64,000 nucleotides of DNA from Gonapodya sp. JEL0774 (Eukaryota). This document shows, piece after piece, positions 1 through 14,900 of this stretch. The position numbers were made by a program, and so were the translations under genes. Position 1 is the stretch's first letter; each line of letters begins with the position of its first letter. The notes beneath the pieces were generated by a model. It did no database searches, was not told the DNA's origin, and saw only the letters and a program-made list of their open reading frames with translations. Location: contig JADIIX010000040.1 in NCBI GenBank assembly GCA_027604505.1, positions 1 through 64,000 of the forward strand, in the 5' to 3' direction.

Positions 1-153
1 TTCGTGGAGCACCGGTCGCTCATCGTTGCCTGCTTATCTCTGTCGCTCCCACCAATTGAACCGTCTGTCGATCCGCTCCCCCACAAACCTCACGTGTTCC
101 CACGCCAACAACACACACACTCACCACAAAACGCACGTCACCCCTCTCCCCAG

Positions 154-425
154 GTACGGCTCCCACGATCCCGACGCAAAATATCATGTTCGCGTTCGAC
201 GAAGTACGCAACGGCGTGGCTGCGCTGGTGGAATTGCGCAAGCAGCTGGAAAAGGTGGAGCACGAGCTCAAGATGGCCAACGTGAGGAAGCAGAACGTGT
301 TGCAGCACGGAGTGGGGATCGTGACGGGACAGAACGTGGACGCGATGACGGTGGGTGTGGTGGGGGAGGGGGTGGGGGAGGGGGGCGGGTGTATATTTGA
401 TGGGGATGGTAATGGAGAAGCGTGA
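154..425 (+). CDS. 3' terminal exon of a probable SWC4/DMAP1-like protein (gene starts upstream of the window)
   Basis: After a CAG acceptor at 151-153 the frame reads TAPTIPTQNIMFAFDEVRNGVAALVELRKQLEKVEHEL. This resembles the DMAP1/Swc4 C-terminal P-x-PT..I...F..LR..I..LLELK coiled-coil segment. Recognised by eye only. Confidence 0.45.
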
Positions 426-1541
426 TTGACGTGTGAGCAAGCGGTTGAGGAGCTGACACCATTGTTTTTACCTCTGTTTGTGTGTATGTAGGTCAAGCGA
501 CCGGCGTCTGGTGTGCTGATGAACCCGCGGGACAAGAAGCAAAAACGGTAGTGTGGTGTGTGGCAGGCGGCAGGCATCTTTTGGGGGACGTTGATGTGGC
601 CAATGGACACGTTGATTCTATTTTGGTTCTTGTCTATACCAGTAATTTTTTTTTTCTTTTTACCAATGTGATTGCATGTGCATGGAATACTTGTTGAGCG
701 AGGGAGAGCGGATGTGGATCGAGCAAGTGTGTTTTCGGTTCTTTTAGTACCTGGTGGCTGGTTGTATAAGTAGTGGTGGGTCGGTGACGTTGCGGGTCTC
801 CACGAGTGAAGGAGACGGGCATTGATGAAAAAGTGCACGATTCGATAATGCACATTTACTGTGTGAACAAAACTGGAATAGCAATCATGAAAGAGTTCTC
901 ATTGTGTATTATCACATTCTGTGGTTGAAGCTGTGAAGGAGAACTCTGATGGTCGATCACCATGAAGGGAGGAACAAGCGGAGTTTTTGTTTTATCAGCG
1001 ATTGCAGTGTGGCTCTGTCATGTGGCAACAACAGGGATTCGCATTGTTCAAAATGTTAGGGTCTTGACCCTTTGGACTGACGAGTTGGGTGTGGGGGGTT
1101 CCACTTGTACTTGGCGTGTTTTGTCCCTGTTCCCCACAAACCCAAACCCCAGATGAAAACAACGCTGAATCGCCAATGCTCATCAACCACACGCCATCGC
1201 TGTATTTCTGTGTTTATGCAGTCTCAAACATCACTGTAATAGCAAGTTGCGGATGGGTCTCTTTCTGACGGGACGGATACCTCTCATTCCTGCCCTCTCA
1301 CAACCCTAAACGGCGCTTTCTTTCGTTGAAACACGTTTAGGACTCATCCGCTTATCGCAGTCTCCTTTTCTCTGCTACCTATATCCACAATCATGACAAG
1401 CGGCCGAAAAGTAGGCCCGACGGATTGATTGGTCCTGGCTGTAGTACTTAACGCTCATCGTCCTTCCTCCCAAGATTCCACCACATCGCTGCAATCCTTC
1501 CTTCTTGTCTACTCAAACTCCAGACAAAACAATCAGCTGAC

Positions 1542-4141
1542 ATGTCAGAAAAGGAGGCAGTTCTCGATTCCTCGGAGCCCGATGTCCAATGGACCAAGGA
1601 CGAGGAGAAGTCCTTGGTCACCAAACTCGACTGGAAGATCATGCCCTTTGCCATGTTGCTCTTCACTTGCGCACTCCTCGAGTAAGTGCGCATTTCCACG
1701 GGCCCCGTTGTGCAGTCCTTGGAATCCATGTACACATTCGAGTGCGTGAAGCGATGAAGTGTGGGGAAACCTTGACCAATTGTCCCTTCCCCTTCCCTCC
1801 CACCATTTTTTCGGTCATTGAAATCTCCAGTCGAAACAACTACGGCAACGCGCGAGTTCTTTTCCAAAACACGGACAGGGGTATGGAACGCGAACTCGGA
1901 AGTACGTGTGAAAACCCCAATTCCTGCGCTCCAAACACTGCACCGAGCGAGCACTCACAAACCCAAACCACGCTCCCTCACCGGTCCTTACACACACCCC
2001 TCGCCCGAATTGCATCGAAACCCCACACAGTGGTCGGCTACGACTACCAACTCAGCGTCTCCCTCTTCTACATCACCTACGTCATCTTCGAAGTCCCCAG
2101 CAACATGCTCCTCAAGAAATTCACCCCACGCCTCTGGTTCACCCGCATCATGATCACCTGGGGTATTTGCTCGGGCTGCCAAGGGGCATGCAACAGCCTC
2201 GCCGGAATCATTGTGTGCCGCTTGCTCATTGGAGCCGCAGAAGCCAGTTTGCTCCCGGGGCTCATCTTCTGGATCGCCTTTTGGTACAAACCGTTTGAGA
2301 TCGCCACTCGTACGGCGCTCATTCACTGCAACATATCTATTGCCGGAGCGTTTACGGGATTGCTGGCGTACGGTGGGTGTAGTCGCTCCACCCCTGCGTC
2401 ACCTGTTGTTCGTGGCAAACGCTTGCTCCACCCTTCCCAGGTATCGGAAACCTGCACGAGGTTGGAGGCCTTTCCGCTTGGCGCTGGGTAGGTCTCGTGG
2501 TGTGGTTGTCCGTTTTTGGGGGGGTTTTGTCAGGTTTGCTCACCATCATTTGACGCCATTGACCAACCAACTCTCACAAAGGTCTTCATCGTGAGTGTAC
2601 AGATTTGAAATCTGATAATAGATAGCTCCAAAATTTGATTCTTATCTCCAACGTTGACCGCTCCAGCTGGAATGCATCCCTTCCTTCGTCTTGGGCGTCT
2701 TCACCTTCCTCTTCCTTCCCGACTACCCACAAACATGCAAATTCCTTGTGAGAATCACTCAAAAGTCTCCCCATATCTTTCGAAGGTTCCGTACTCGTCG
2801 ATCACTCACACGACCCCACATCACCCTTCTCCCACCCCGCGTGCCACTCTCGCCTGTCACAGAGTCCCCGCGAGAAGGAGGTCGCCATCCGCCGCCTACC
2901 TGCTACGGCTCCCTCTCACCTCGAAAAGAGTTTCGACGCCAGCCACTTCAGCGCCATCATCAGGGACCCAATGAACCTGCTCCACCCCATCTCGTACGGA
3001 ATCACCATTCTGCCGCAGTCATCCCTGTCCTACTTTTTGGTGCGTTGCGGTGTTGGCTGGTTGTGTGCGACGTGCGAAATTTTGAAGAGGGAAACTGACT
3101 CGGCCACCCGCCCCTGGAAAATACTGTGTTTCAAACATCATAGCCCACGATCTTGACCGGTATGGGATACACGGGGTCGAGTGAGTTCCCTTTTGGCTGT
3201 GTATCTGGAATCTCAAGAGTAACTGCGTCTCAATATACTTGTCCTCCTTTCCAATTGCATGTTCTAGCCAGTAACCTCATGAGTGCACCCCCCAAGTGAG
3301 TCCTCCTCCTCATTTCTGGGTGCAAAGTCTCGTCCCAACAGACCAAAATCTAACTCGTCCCACCGCACAGCGTTTGGGCAGGTTTCCTCGAAATCTTCGC
3401 CGGTTTCCACGGCGACTACCGGCAAGAGCGCGCCCTGCACATCGCGATCCCCTCCTTCTTTTCCATGCTCGGGTGGATCCTCATCCCGCTCGGTGGCAAG
3501 AATGGGTGGCCCGTGGGGCTGCGGTACTTCTTCGTGTTTTTCGCCACCACGGGGATCGCAGGTGAGCTTTCTCCGTCCGAGTCTCAAGCCCCTCGCGTGT
3601 CAAATAATGAATTAACCGTGCGGCTCTTCAAAGGTGCGCCCGGATGGTTCTCGTGGCGCCAAAACATGTTGGCAGGCAGCACCCAAAACGCGGTCGTGCT
3701 TGCTTGGGTGAACACCGTGTGCAACGCCTTGTGAGTCAGTCGCTTCGATCCGAATCAGTGCTTGTCCGCAAAACTGACTTGACGCGCTTTGCAACTTTGT
3801 GGTGTTGGCGTGGACTCTAGCGGTGCCGTCGCCCCGTTCTTGTTCCCAAGCTCCGCCGGTCCCAACTACGAGGTCGGAGGTGCGATTTGTGCCGCGTGCT
3901 GGGGTATATCGATTTTGGGGTGTGGATTGGTCTACTTGTGAATATTTTACCTCTGCGCATCACGCAATCCGACCAGGAGTGCTGACCTGTTGTGTTTGTT
4001 TGAACTTCACACAGATACGACCGTCACCGCCGGAAGCAAGGCTTCTACGATGCGATGGAGGAATCTTCGCGCAGGGATTTGGAGCGGCTGAATGAAATGT
4101 ATGCGCAGGCGGCTGAGAAGGAGAAGAGTGCGACGGTGTGA
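1542..4141 (+). CDS. MFS transporter, anion:cation symporter (Dal5/Tna1-like) family, many short exons
   Basis: Spliced motifs EEKSLVTKLDWKIMP, DRNNYGNAR, SLFYITYVIFEVPSNMLLKKFTPRLWFTRIMITWG, RLLIGAAEA, WYKPFEIATR and LPDYP. Stop TGA at 4139-4141. The start is uncertain (alternative ATG at 1393). Confidence 0.85.
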
Positions 4142-4369
4142 ATGGATGTGGTGCAAGACGTCAACCTGAACTCGTTGTGATACATACTGGCGAGATTGTT
4201 CATTCTAGTTTTGAATTTATGACAATTTCTATACGTGGACACAATTCTGAGTGAAATTGCCGCGCGTGCGTGCTGCAGTTGGGCCCTGTGGTGCATGCTG
4301 ACAGTCCCAGCTGGTGTGGAGTCGGAGAATTTTGCCGAATGCAGACATTTGATATTACTCTTCCCAACC

Positions 4370-5749
4370 ATGGCGACGCGCTCACGAACACTCTTGTTCC
4401 TACAATATCGCAACTCGTTTGCCCGCACGACACAAAAGTCAGCACCCGTTGGCCCAGACACCTCCGACAAAGCCTCGTTACTTGCGAATGGGGAGGGATT
4501 CGTGGTCGAGATGTCGGTGTTGCCGCCCAAGTGGGTGGACATCGTCGAGGAGGTCGAAGAGAGGATGGATGCCATCAAGCGTAAACGTGAGTGAATTGTT
4601 CTCAGCGGTTGCGCTCGCCTGCTCGAGACCTTCTGACACACTGGTCGATCGGACTGCACTATTTGCATACGTTCAAGTCACCGACCTGCAACAATTGCAC
4701 AAGAAGTCTTTGTTACCTGGATTTGATGACAGAAGAGCAGAAGAGCTGAGCATAAAGAACCTGACCCAGGACATCACAGACGTGAGTTTTGAGAGATCGC
4801 CAGTTCCCTACTCAGTTTCTCACCTCAAGCTCCCTGCTATGGGATGGTCCGAAATTCCAAGAGATTCCAAGACTGCCAAAGAATGATAAAGCACGTGCAA
4901 GCAGAAACCCAGGCCTCGGGCCACTCAAAACACACCGCCGCGTTTTCTCGTAACATCCAGACCTCCCTCGCAACCAAATTACAGGAGCTTACAGGCCAAT
5001 TTCGGAAAGCACAATCAAGTTATCTCCAGAGTATGCTCATGTAGTCTCCGATGCTTCCGTTCGGTTGTCCTAGTTACATTTGAGCGTCTACGCGTTCCAG
5101 AACTCCGAGGCCACGAGACCACCCGGCGAGATATGTTTTCAATGGCTGGAGACAGCATAGAAAGTCAAAATGACGATGACTTTAATGATGGTGTAGGTGG
5201 TTGTTTTTGAAATACCTTTAAGAAGCAAGACTGACAAAACGAATTCCCCATCCGCACACACAATTATTGTTTGGTGTCCGTACGACGCTCCGCTATCTCC
5301 AGGGACTTACTGACGACCAACTTGCCGTCATTGAATCTAATGAAGCCGCAATCACTCAACGCGAAAAGGAGATTAACCACATCGCGAAATCAATCCACAC
5401 TTTGGCGGAGATATTCCGTGACATGCAGACTATGGTGATTGACCAGGGAACTATGCTCGATAGGATTGACTATAATATTGAACAAACGGCACTCTACACG
5501 GAGGAAGCGGTGGTGGAGCTGAATAAGGTGAGGAGACTGCTTTACGTGTTCACCAGCGAGGACACAACAAGAACTGAAGTTCCTCGACAGGGCGCAAAAT
5601 ACCAAAAAAGCACACGAACTAAACTCTTCATTATCCTTCTGTCCATTCTTGTTCTTATCATGCTGGTGGTTTTGATTTTCAAACCTCGAAAGAGTTCTCA
5701 GTCTTCGACGACTCCATCTGGTCAAACTGGCACCAACAAACTCTTGTAA
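4370..5749 (+). CDS. TLG2: Syntaxin-16/Tlg2 t-SNARE
   Basis: N-peptide MATRSRTLLFLQYRNS, LPPKWVD, SLLPGFDDR, SNARE motif QREKEINHIAKSIHTLAEIFRDMQTMVIDQGTMLDRIDYNIE, and a C-terminal TM helix. Confidence 0.92.
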
Positions 5750-5962
5750 CCCATCCTGATCGGCGAGGTTATATACCAGTTATCACATTACCCCGTATTT
5801 GTTGCACGTACCGTTTGAGATGCATAGTACTATATTGTAACCGGCTTTTTGCAATCGAACGGGAGCACACGGAATACTTTTTGCGTATTATCATGATACA
5901 TAGTTCTGGTTCTGTACATATATAATGGCGAACATGCAACTTGCCAGGTGGTACGTGGGTTA

Positions 5963-8900
5963 TCAACGATATACAAGTTTCATTTGTTTGTGTTCCTCCA
6001 CTTTCCGTTTCTTGTGGGCTTTCTTCTTCAAACCCGCCTCGATTTTTCTCTTTGCTGCAATTTGTGGTCTTGCTACGGTATCCAAGTCCTTTTGTGCTTT
6101 GCGTTCTTGTCGAACCCGCAAAGAGGCGGCGTGCACGGTATTGTAGGCCTCAAGATAGGCATCAGTGCCAGAGAACTTCTGATATGTCTCCAGGGTCTCT
6201 TGCGCCAAAAGTTTGAGGTCATCTGGGCGCAGAAAAGGGAAGTGTGCGTGCGTTCAAAGTCATCCCTCAGTTGATTAGAAACTACAACGTACCAGCGTTA
6301 CGTTCTGTTTCATCCACCACCACACGGTATGCCGTAGCAATCATGGTCGGAAGATGGCGTACAAGTACATCCTTCGGCAAGAACGCAGAAATGGCACCGT
6401 AAAACTTGAATATGATGGTCCGCTAAATGTTGAACCATGTATCACTGACACAAACCACGAATACTTCATAAAGAGAACAGTAAGCTTACGGCATTCTGCA
6501 TTTTTGTACGAGTTCGTTCGGTTCTCGCTATATACGCCACTTTTCTGATAAGCCAGGTCAGTGGGTGGCTATGTGTAGTTCCGGTGTGATCGTCGCTTTC
6601 ATCCCCGGACTCGATGTTAACGGTCGTGAGAGATTCAAGATTATGCAACCTCTTCGCGACATAAACAATGTTTTGGAGAAGCAACGATTTGAGATCTTCT
6701 GTCATTTCTGTTGCTTCCAATTGAATGCACATTGCTTTGGCCAAGTCGACCGCACTTGCAGGATTTTGCAGAATCGATGCTTGCTGGGAGGAATCCTCAA
6801 ATGTGCCAGAACTGGGATCAACTGCCCCGAAGTACATGCCCCATAATCTCGACGTGAGGGTCCGAATCCATGAGTGGGGATGAACCGCAAATTCTTTCGC
6901 CATCATCCACATCTGGACTGAGTCTGACGCAGAGATATACCTCGGATGTTGTGATAGTACCTTTGAGAAGGCGTTTAAAACATAATAGTCCAACTCCCAC
7001 GTTCTTGAAATCTCTTCGCCGCTTTCATCTCTCCACCTGGAAGACTGTAACGAGGAACTGAAGGAAGCGAGAAGTTCCGGGACATGCTTCGCTGTCATCA
7101 AAGAACTGCTCTCAATTATGATACCGTACACCTGTGCGGCCGTCCGCCGAAGGCGAAGTTTTGAAGTTCCCGCGAACCACTTCTTGACCAGAGTAAGAAG
7201 CCGGTCGCCACTCGGCTGCCCTTCAAAACATTTCTGAAGTACCTTTTTCGTAAGTTCCCCTGCCGCTCTCCGGCATTGCCGAGACTCGTCGTTCACGATG
7301 ACAACTACGAGCGCCAGGAACACTCCTTCTGCAAACTCCAGCAAAACTGACACCGGGAACTTTTGAAAAACAACTGTCAACATCTCAAGTACAGAATTTC
7401 GTCCAGCTTCGAATTCGTACGACAGGTTCTGGATCAAAAAATCCATTTGCTTTCTCAATCGTCCCGTGCCCTGTGGATAGTCCAAGAGAAATTGCAGCCA
7501 AGTACTCCGAGAGAGATCCCGCGTTTCGGAACTTTGACTCGTAATGAGCAGCTGAGCAATGGAGTCCATTATATCATACATGTCCTCGTTGACAATCTTC
7601 CTCGTCATGATGGCTCTGAGTACACCAAAGGTGGTGGATCTTGACTCCAATTGATCAAGCTCGGGCTTCACAACCTTCAATATCGCCGCCAGCTGTTTTT
7701 CTGTGATTGTTACGTCCGGGCGATCACGAAGAACGACGGTGATAAGCTTTAAGATTGCCTGATTGAGCTCGGCGTCCGCATTTGCTGAGGCTGCAAGCAA
7801 CTCAAACACCTTCCTGAGAATGACAGGCATGGTCGCTGAGATTCCCGCGATGTTTGATCCACAGACTAAGCTTAGTACTTTAAGGGCCTCCGCAACAACT
7901 TCCAAACTTCTGGAGTACAAACACTCGCCGACTGTTCCCACAAGTGGTGCAATCATTCCCCTGGTATTCTCATCTGTCAGGTCGATCCGGTGACGCCGTA
8001 AGCCAGAAAAGAGGAGCGAGAGACCGAATTTGGTGAATCGATGGGCGTTTGTTGCGAAGTGAGAAATCGGTCCAAGGGCATCCTTTGCTCGGAGCTGAAC
8101 AAGAAAATTCTCCTCGGCCAAAGTCTTCTTCTTTGACATTATTTGTGCGACCTTCGAAAGCGGAAGTGACTCTGTGAGCAATCCATGGATGAAAATCAAA
8201 AAATCTGCCGTCGCAACATCTGCATTCAGAGCAAGTCCAGCGGAGATACGTCTCAGAACTTCGTCAACCTTGCTCATGGATTTCGCTTTGTCTGTTTCAA
8301 CCATTATCCGCTTTAAAGGAACAAGTAGGTCTCCTACCCTCGTGAAGCGAATGACTTTGGTGAGGGTTTCAAGTGTTTCGAAGCTCTTGTGAGATTTCAT
8401 CTCCTTTGTTTTGCCCGCCAACTCTTTAATCTCCTTTTCATCTGCAACATCTCCGAAGATGTCGTCGATCAATATCGGCACAAGTTCTTCCAGACAATAA
8501 TCGATATCTCCAATTTTAAGATTCGGAGCCATGTTTGCGATGAGCGAGTTAACAGTGTAAGTCATCACATGCTTCTGATATCCCCTATTTAGTGAAGTTT
8601 TGAGTTGCACAATGACGAAAGAGAGGTAATCTGGGCCAAGGAGTTCTAGAATCTTTGAGAGAGTCTCTCTTGTGCTATCCCTGGCACTTTGCATCCTACT
8701 CCGAAGGAGGACACATAAATTGAGGAGAAGCTGTGGTAGTTGTGATCGCAGTGTTTCTGGTGGCAATCGTTTCAAGAGCTTCGCGATGGCTAAAGCGATT
8801 GGTACACGAATACTGACTGTCTCGTCATCCTCTTGCTTGAGATATTTATACAACCCCGGAAGAAGTTTCTCCAAAACGACTGAAAAAATATGTTCAGATT

Positions 8901-11900
8901 GCTCCACTCCTCGGCGTGTCCGGTTTTCTTTGTCTGCCTTGCTATCCACGAGATCAATATCTTCATCATCGTCGTCAGATTCAGCAACTTCAGGGTGTTC
9001 GATCAAGGCGGCAGCACTCGAAACTTTCAATTCAACACTCGTTGCTCCACATACTTCGAAGTGGAACCCATCGAGAATTGAGCTTAGAAGGCGAATCAAA
9101 ACCTTGCTAAGCTCCTCGTGCCGTACCAGACCGGCAAGAACAATTCTCACTAAACTGTAGTAAGCACCCCAGCTCAATTGAGTGGACAAAATTCCAAGCG
9201 CAGCGATGGCCTCATTGATCAAATGATGATCCGTGACGCGATCCGATTCGAACACAATATGACTAATCAAAGGCACAAACACACCGGCAATTGTGTTAGA
9301 ACGAATATCGTCATTCACACAATGCTCTGCCAGCCGTCGCATCGCTCGAACCCGCCGATGAACTTGAAGGTGTTGAAGGTTGTTAAAAACATTGGCCTCC
9401 TCGTCTTCGCCCGCCAATAGGGGCACCATCTCCCGAAAGTGTTCATCTGTTGGAAAGGATTTCACCATCTCACTCAACACCGTCAACAGCTCCTGTCGAA
9501 CACCGATGCTCCGATTCTTCATGCCCCGTTTGATGGCAGGATATATAACAAACGAGATCTGCTCCATAAACTTGGGTGCCTCTGCGCTTTCACCTCCTCT
9601 CTCGGACGCCACTCGGCGAATAAAGGTAATCAGACCGTTAGAAGACGCCGTCCGGACGGCATACTCGTCGGCATCCTGAATATCGTAGATCAAATGATGC
9701 AAGAGTGGGAGAACACGCATAGGATCCAGTTCTTTGAGCAAGGTATTGTTGATTTCGGCAAATGCGTTGAACTTTCGAGCGAAGTCGATTTCATCCAAGC
9801 GCTTGTGTGACACAGCATTAAGATCCGAAATAACCGATGCGATTGCTTGGAGGGAGGAATCAATCTTTGCAAAAGCCTGGAATATTCCATCTAGTTCGGA
9901 ACGACACGCTCTGTCACGTAGTGTGGACAGGAGCCGTGATGCGATCCCATAAAGTCTGCTTTCCGTGATGTCCCCAACAACGATTGCGTGAAGATGAGGT
10001 ACAAAAGATCTAATAACAAGAAGGATCTTTGCTTTAGTTTGATGATCGATGACCTTCGTCGACTTCTTGAGTGATGGTAAGAGCAAATCCACGAGCTTGG
10101 TGGCACTGTATGTGTCCGTAACAAATGCAGCCAATCGCGCCAGAATATCTATGGTTCTGCGGAAGATATTCGCAGATTCCCCCGGAACTCGAGAACCCGA
10201 GATCTCCTCCAAGAGGTTGTCAATGTTCCTCAAAATATGCGGTACACAAGGCTGGATCGAGAATCTGACATTGAATTCTGTAGTTTCTGCCGCACTCTGA
10301 GATTCTTGTGCCGCCAGAAGATCTTCGATTACCGACAGTACGGTGACTGTTACCTTCGTGGCAACTTTCTTAGCAGACAGTAAGCCGAACAGTTTGGGAA
10401 GCAGTTGATGATCGAAATCCGTCAGATACTTCAGGTACGGTGGATTGCTGGCCCACGTAGCGAAAAGTAGCAAAAGGGCTGTCGGTGCTTGCGTGTTCTC
10501 TGATTCCAAACGAGGAATCTTTTCTGCGAGAGAGATCCGAAACAACTCCCCTACCAGAGGTGCGAACGGCAGGTCTAAGCCGATGGCAAAAATTTCACCA
10601 AATCGCCGCAACACTTGTTGACGGAGGATTCGTATATGCTTCGTACTCGACTGTTCACGGTTCAAATCATCCGAAGTTGTGCCATCTGCATCGAGTGTAT
10701 CAGCCGGTTCCGCGTCCTCGGCAGACATGGATTCCGTTACCCCGTGACTTCCCTCGATCATCGTCTCCGCGCGATTCAAAACATATAAAAGAATTTCACA
10801 CAAGAAAGGCAGAAAGGGTTCAGCAAGATGCCGCAACTGGCGGATGAAGTCTTCAATATTGTGGAGCAGCCCGAGTATTCTCGGCATTGGAATTTTATCC
10901 ATCGCTTCGTGACCCGCTCTATTTGCCGAAACAAATCCGGAAGCTGGCATTGCGGGAGGTGGCTTATCCCTTGGATAGTGCAAAATAGAAAGTAGGTCCC
11001 CGAATGTTTCGGTCATTAGCGATAAAAAACGACTTCGGTCTTGCTGTCGGCATTGTGCAAGGAAGGCAAATATTGCCAATCTCCGCGTTTTGAGTCCAGC
11101 TTTCGCTGTGTCTTTTCCTCGCCGTGTGACAAGCTTCCCATACAGAATGCGAGTAAGAATGTCCATAAACTGGTCCTTTTCGGACTCGTGAATTATAGCG
11201 CTGTCAATCTCCTCCCAATTCAAAAGCGAGAGCTGATTGCGGAATTTGGAATCGTCGATGACCGCATAAAGTGCCTCCCGATAAGTCGCCATGAAGCCGT
11301 ATTTCCAATTCTCCAAGCACTTGAGTGCGAGATCCTGAATCTTCTGATCTCCTTTGGTAAGTAACTTCATGAAGCAACCATGTAACTCCGATGATCTGTG
11401 GATGCGCTCTGGGTGTCTGAATTTGCTCAACAATGTCAAGTACTGCAGTAGTCTATCACGCTTCGCCTTCGAGGATGGAGGGGGCAAAAGCGATGATCCA
11501 CCATCAAAACCATTGGAATGGTTCTCACGATTCGTTTCGGTTTCACGATCCAAGAAGTCCTTCACAATGAATTGCAAAAACACTATTACGAGGTCACGAC
11601 TTCGCTGTTCGACCAAAGCTGGGGTATCTTCCAAGGCCTTCAAAAGCTGCAAATAGTAGAACCATGCGTCCAACGTACGCTCGGGTTCCGTAGTGGACTG
11701 CAGTGAGATGTGACAAATTACCACGGGCGTTCAATGCGATAAGCAAGGATGTTAGCACTCACCGCAATCAACAGTGATTGCAACACAGACCCATTATTGT
11801 TAAAAAGGTTTTCGCTTGCCCTCTGAGCATCTTGCACTTTCCTCATAGCCCACGTATCCAGAGCCAGCTCCGGGAAGTCTCCTTGAAGCTTTCGAGATGT

Positions 11901-14900
11901 CCGAACGGGAAACAGTTCTTCATGGAACTTGAAATACTCAACCTCAGGGATATAAGGTCGGGGGAAGTACGAGTGTGCTGTCAGTGCGACAAGGGTGTTC
12001 TATCACACCATCAACATGAACATTCCCATGCCAAGGCAAATTCTCACCGTGCTCGGAGTGAAATTTGGAGATTTCATCCCACAAGACCTCCCACATCACC
12101 TTCCCTTTCACCTCTACTGCAGACGCCAGTAAGGTCTTCGCATCTTTCCAAAGTGGCGCAAATCCCTCCCCAAGCATTCCGATAATGCAACGAGGTACCA
12201 CCTCGTCATAGAGCTCGGGCATTTGCCGCGACGAAGCGAGAATAGCAACCTTCGTAAAATAGACAGTCTTGTCACGGAAAGATTGGGGAAGCGAGGGGAT
12301 TGCAGTCATATGGTACAGAAGATCAAATACCTATTGGGGAAGAATGCCGATCTTTAGGTACCGAGAAACGATGCACGGGTGTTGAAACGAACTCTTCCGA
12401 TCTCACATCACAGGTTTTGGAAGATTTCGACTCGCCCGCTTCTCCTTTCGCCTTCTCATTACCGACGATGTGATCGACATCTCCTCTTTTCCGCTTTCTG
12501 CTGCCAGATGTCTCGGATTTTCCCGAAAATGTTTCTATGGTCCCAACACTGTTTGTTGATAGAAGTGGAATCTGATCATAGCATCGCAAGATACGAAGAG
12601 TATGTAGCCGAAGGTTAACACTTGGGGATGAAAGGTTGCGCTTGAGGATGGAGTAAGCCAATGACAGCTTCGAAGGTGAGAATAAACCCGCACCGACATC
12701 ACTGTGTGAAACACTGAAACGATCAATCTCCACACGTCGCCACCGATATATGTTATAAAACTCAACGAACCTCTTATGTATGCACTCGGCGAGCGTAGCG
12801 ACTCCCTTCAACACGTCAACCGCAGTAGACGCTTTCTCCAACAGTGACTCAACAACTTCGCTCCACAGTGTTGCCCCAACATCATATCTCCCAAGTTTCG
12901 TTGTTACTAGTGCCACAGCCTCCATTGCTTGTCCAATGAGAGTTCCTTGGAGGTACCATTCCCGCCGAAATGGAGCATCATACACGGGTTCTTGAGGTAG
13001 GGTTCGCGCGGCACTTTGTGAAAGGCTGGCGAGATCATGAATCATCGGCTCCCCTGGAAGGTCAATTCGCCCAAGTACGCTCACTACCGCAGCAGCCCTC
13101 CCAATGGATCTCGAAGTTTTGTCGGATTCCTGTAGCGCCGAGCAATCCCAATGCTCCGCAGATAGTGCGGAGCGCTTCACTGTATCCTCAACATGTCGTG
13201 CGACGGCGGGCGGGACCCTTAACATCCCCGCCGCAAAGCTCACAGAAGTAACTTTGCTGACCCAATCGCCACGAATAAGATCCGAAAGTGATACAAGTGC
13301 AATGTCCGCGTCCTCAATGCTTTCCGACCCGAGTGTCCTTGCGAGTCTTTCGAGGAAAGGCTTCCAGATCGATCCTACAAAAGTCTCCATTCCAACCTGG
13401 GAAGCAACTCGTGCCCAAGATGCCACGTCCACGAAAGATGGAAGTGACATAACAGCTGTCGTGAGATCTCGGACGTGAGAGAGTGCTTTCGGAGTCGGAG
13501 TGATAAGTAGGAGGGTGTGGGACAGCTTCAAGAGAGCCGGTAATGATGCTGGATGAACTGTATTCGTAGCTTTAACATATTGGGAGATGGAAGAAGTAAC
13601 AATTTGGAACAGAGGGCCGGGGTCTGGAATACGCACATTGTGCGAAGGATTTCTATGATGTTACAAAGGAACGCTTTGCACCACCACCCCCTCACCTGTC
13701 ACAAGGTCCCCCTTTTTGTTGCCCGCCACAACATTCAAAAGCTCAACCGTCAAAGCAAGTTGCCACCATGATTTTGTCTCGTCGCCTGTCGCTTCCTTGA
13801 TTACTGACATGTGCGTTCGCACTTCAGAGAGCAAAAGGGTCCACAGTTCCACGCATACGGTTTGCGATACATGTGTGGAGATGATGACGAAAACGTGCTG
13901 AAGAAGGCGTGGAACTGGTAGGGAAACACAGATGGCGAGTTGAAAAAGGAAAACGAAAACAAAAAACGACTCACCATTGCCCTGCATACCGCCGTCTATT
14001 TCCTCATAGCCTCTCTTCATTAAATCCAGCAAAAACACGCCTGCCCGTGAGTACAAAGTACCACTTGCACCCTTGCACACCTCTGCCACCAAAACCGCGA
14101 CTCCCTCCCTCGTCCAGTCTTCCGCTTTGGAGCCCACCGCATCTCTTACGACAGCTAAAAATTCGTCAATTGCAGTGTTCACGTGCTCGTCGGTTTTCAA
14201 GCGACGGACGAGGAAGGAGAAGGCCTGGGCTGCGAAGACACGCACATGTGTTTTTGAGTGGGACAGGAGCGGAAGGAGGAGCGAGAATGTGGATGAGAGA
14301 TTGCGAATAAGATGGGAGGAAAGATATTTGAGGAGATGTGAAAGTGTTGTGAAGCAAATCTGAAATGGCGGACAAGGTGTGTGGTTTTAGTAACGACTGC
14401 AAAGTTGACACTTCGGCGTTATTGCAAGAGAGCTCACCTCAACAATTTTAGCGTCTCTAACATTGATGAAGCCAGAAACAGCTTCGAAGATGGCAGGCCA
14501 ATCGTCCGCAATTTCCACTCCGAGATCCTTCACCAACTGAACTGACAGGTCCATCAAGGGCTCACAGGCCAGTGTATCCAGCTCTTTGAGACTATTCACG
14601 ATAAGCTGAGCGACAGTTCTCTTGTTGAATAGGAGAATAGGCAGAGACTTTGAATAGGGGTCCACTTCGGCTGCAAATCGGGCAAACGGCAAGGTGGTGT
14701 TCTCTTCGCGCCATTTGAGAAGCGAGGATTGAAAGAAACAATCGGCATCCTAAACGGGTGTGACCATCGACACGGTCGATGAGCATGGTTCCCAACATTG
14801 AGTGAAGAGTCACGATCCCACAGGGCAAACTGTGCTGCAAACCCACTTCCAGTGAGTCCTGAGCGCGTTTTAGAGAGGACACAGTCAGCTTAATATCCTT

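Noticed and set aside
20..853. 277-aa minus-strand ORF and the many other short antisense ORFs in the track
   Set aside because: Shadow frames of real genes or low-complexity UTR, with no recognisable domains.
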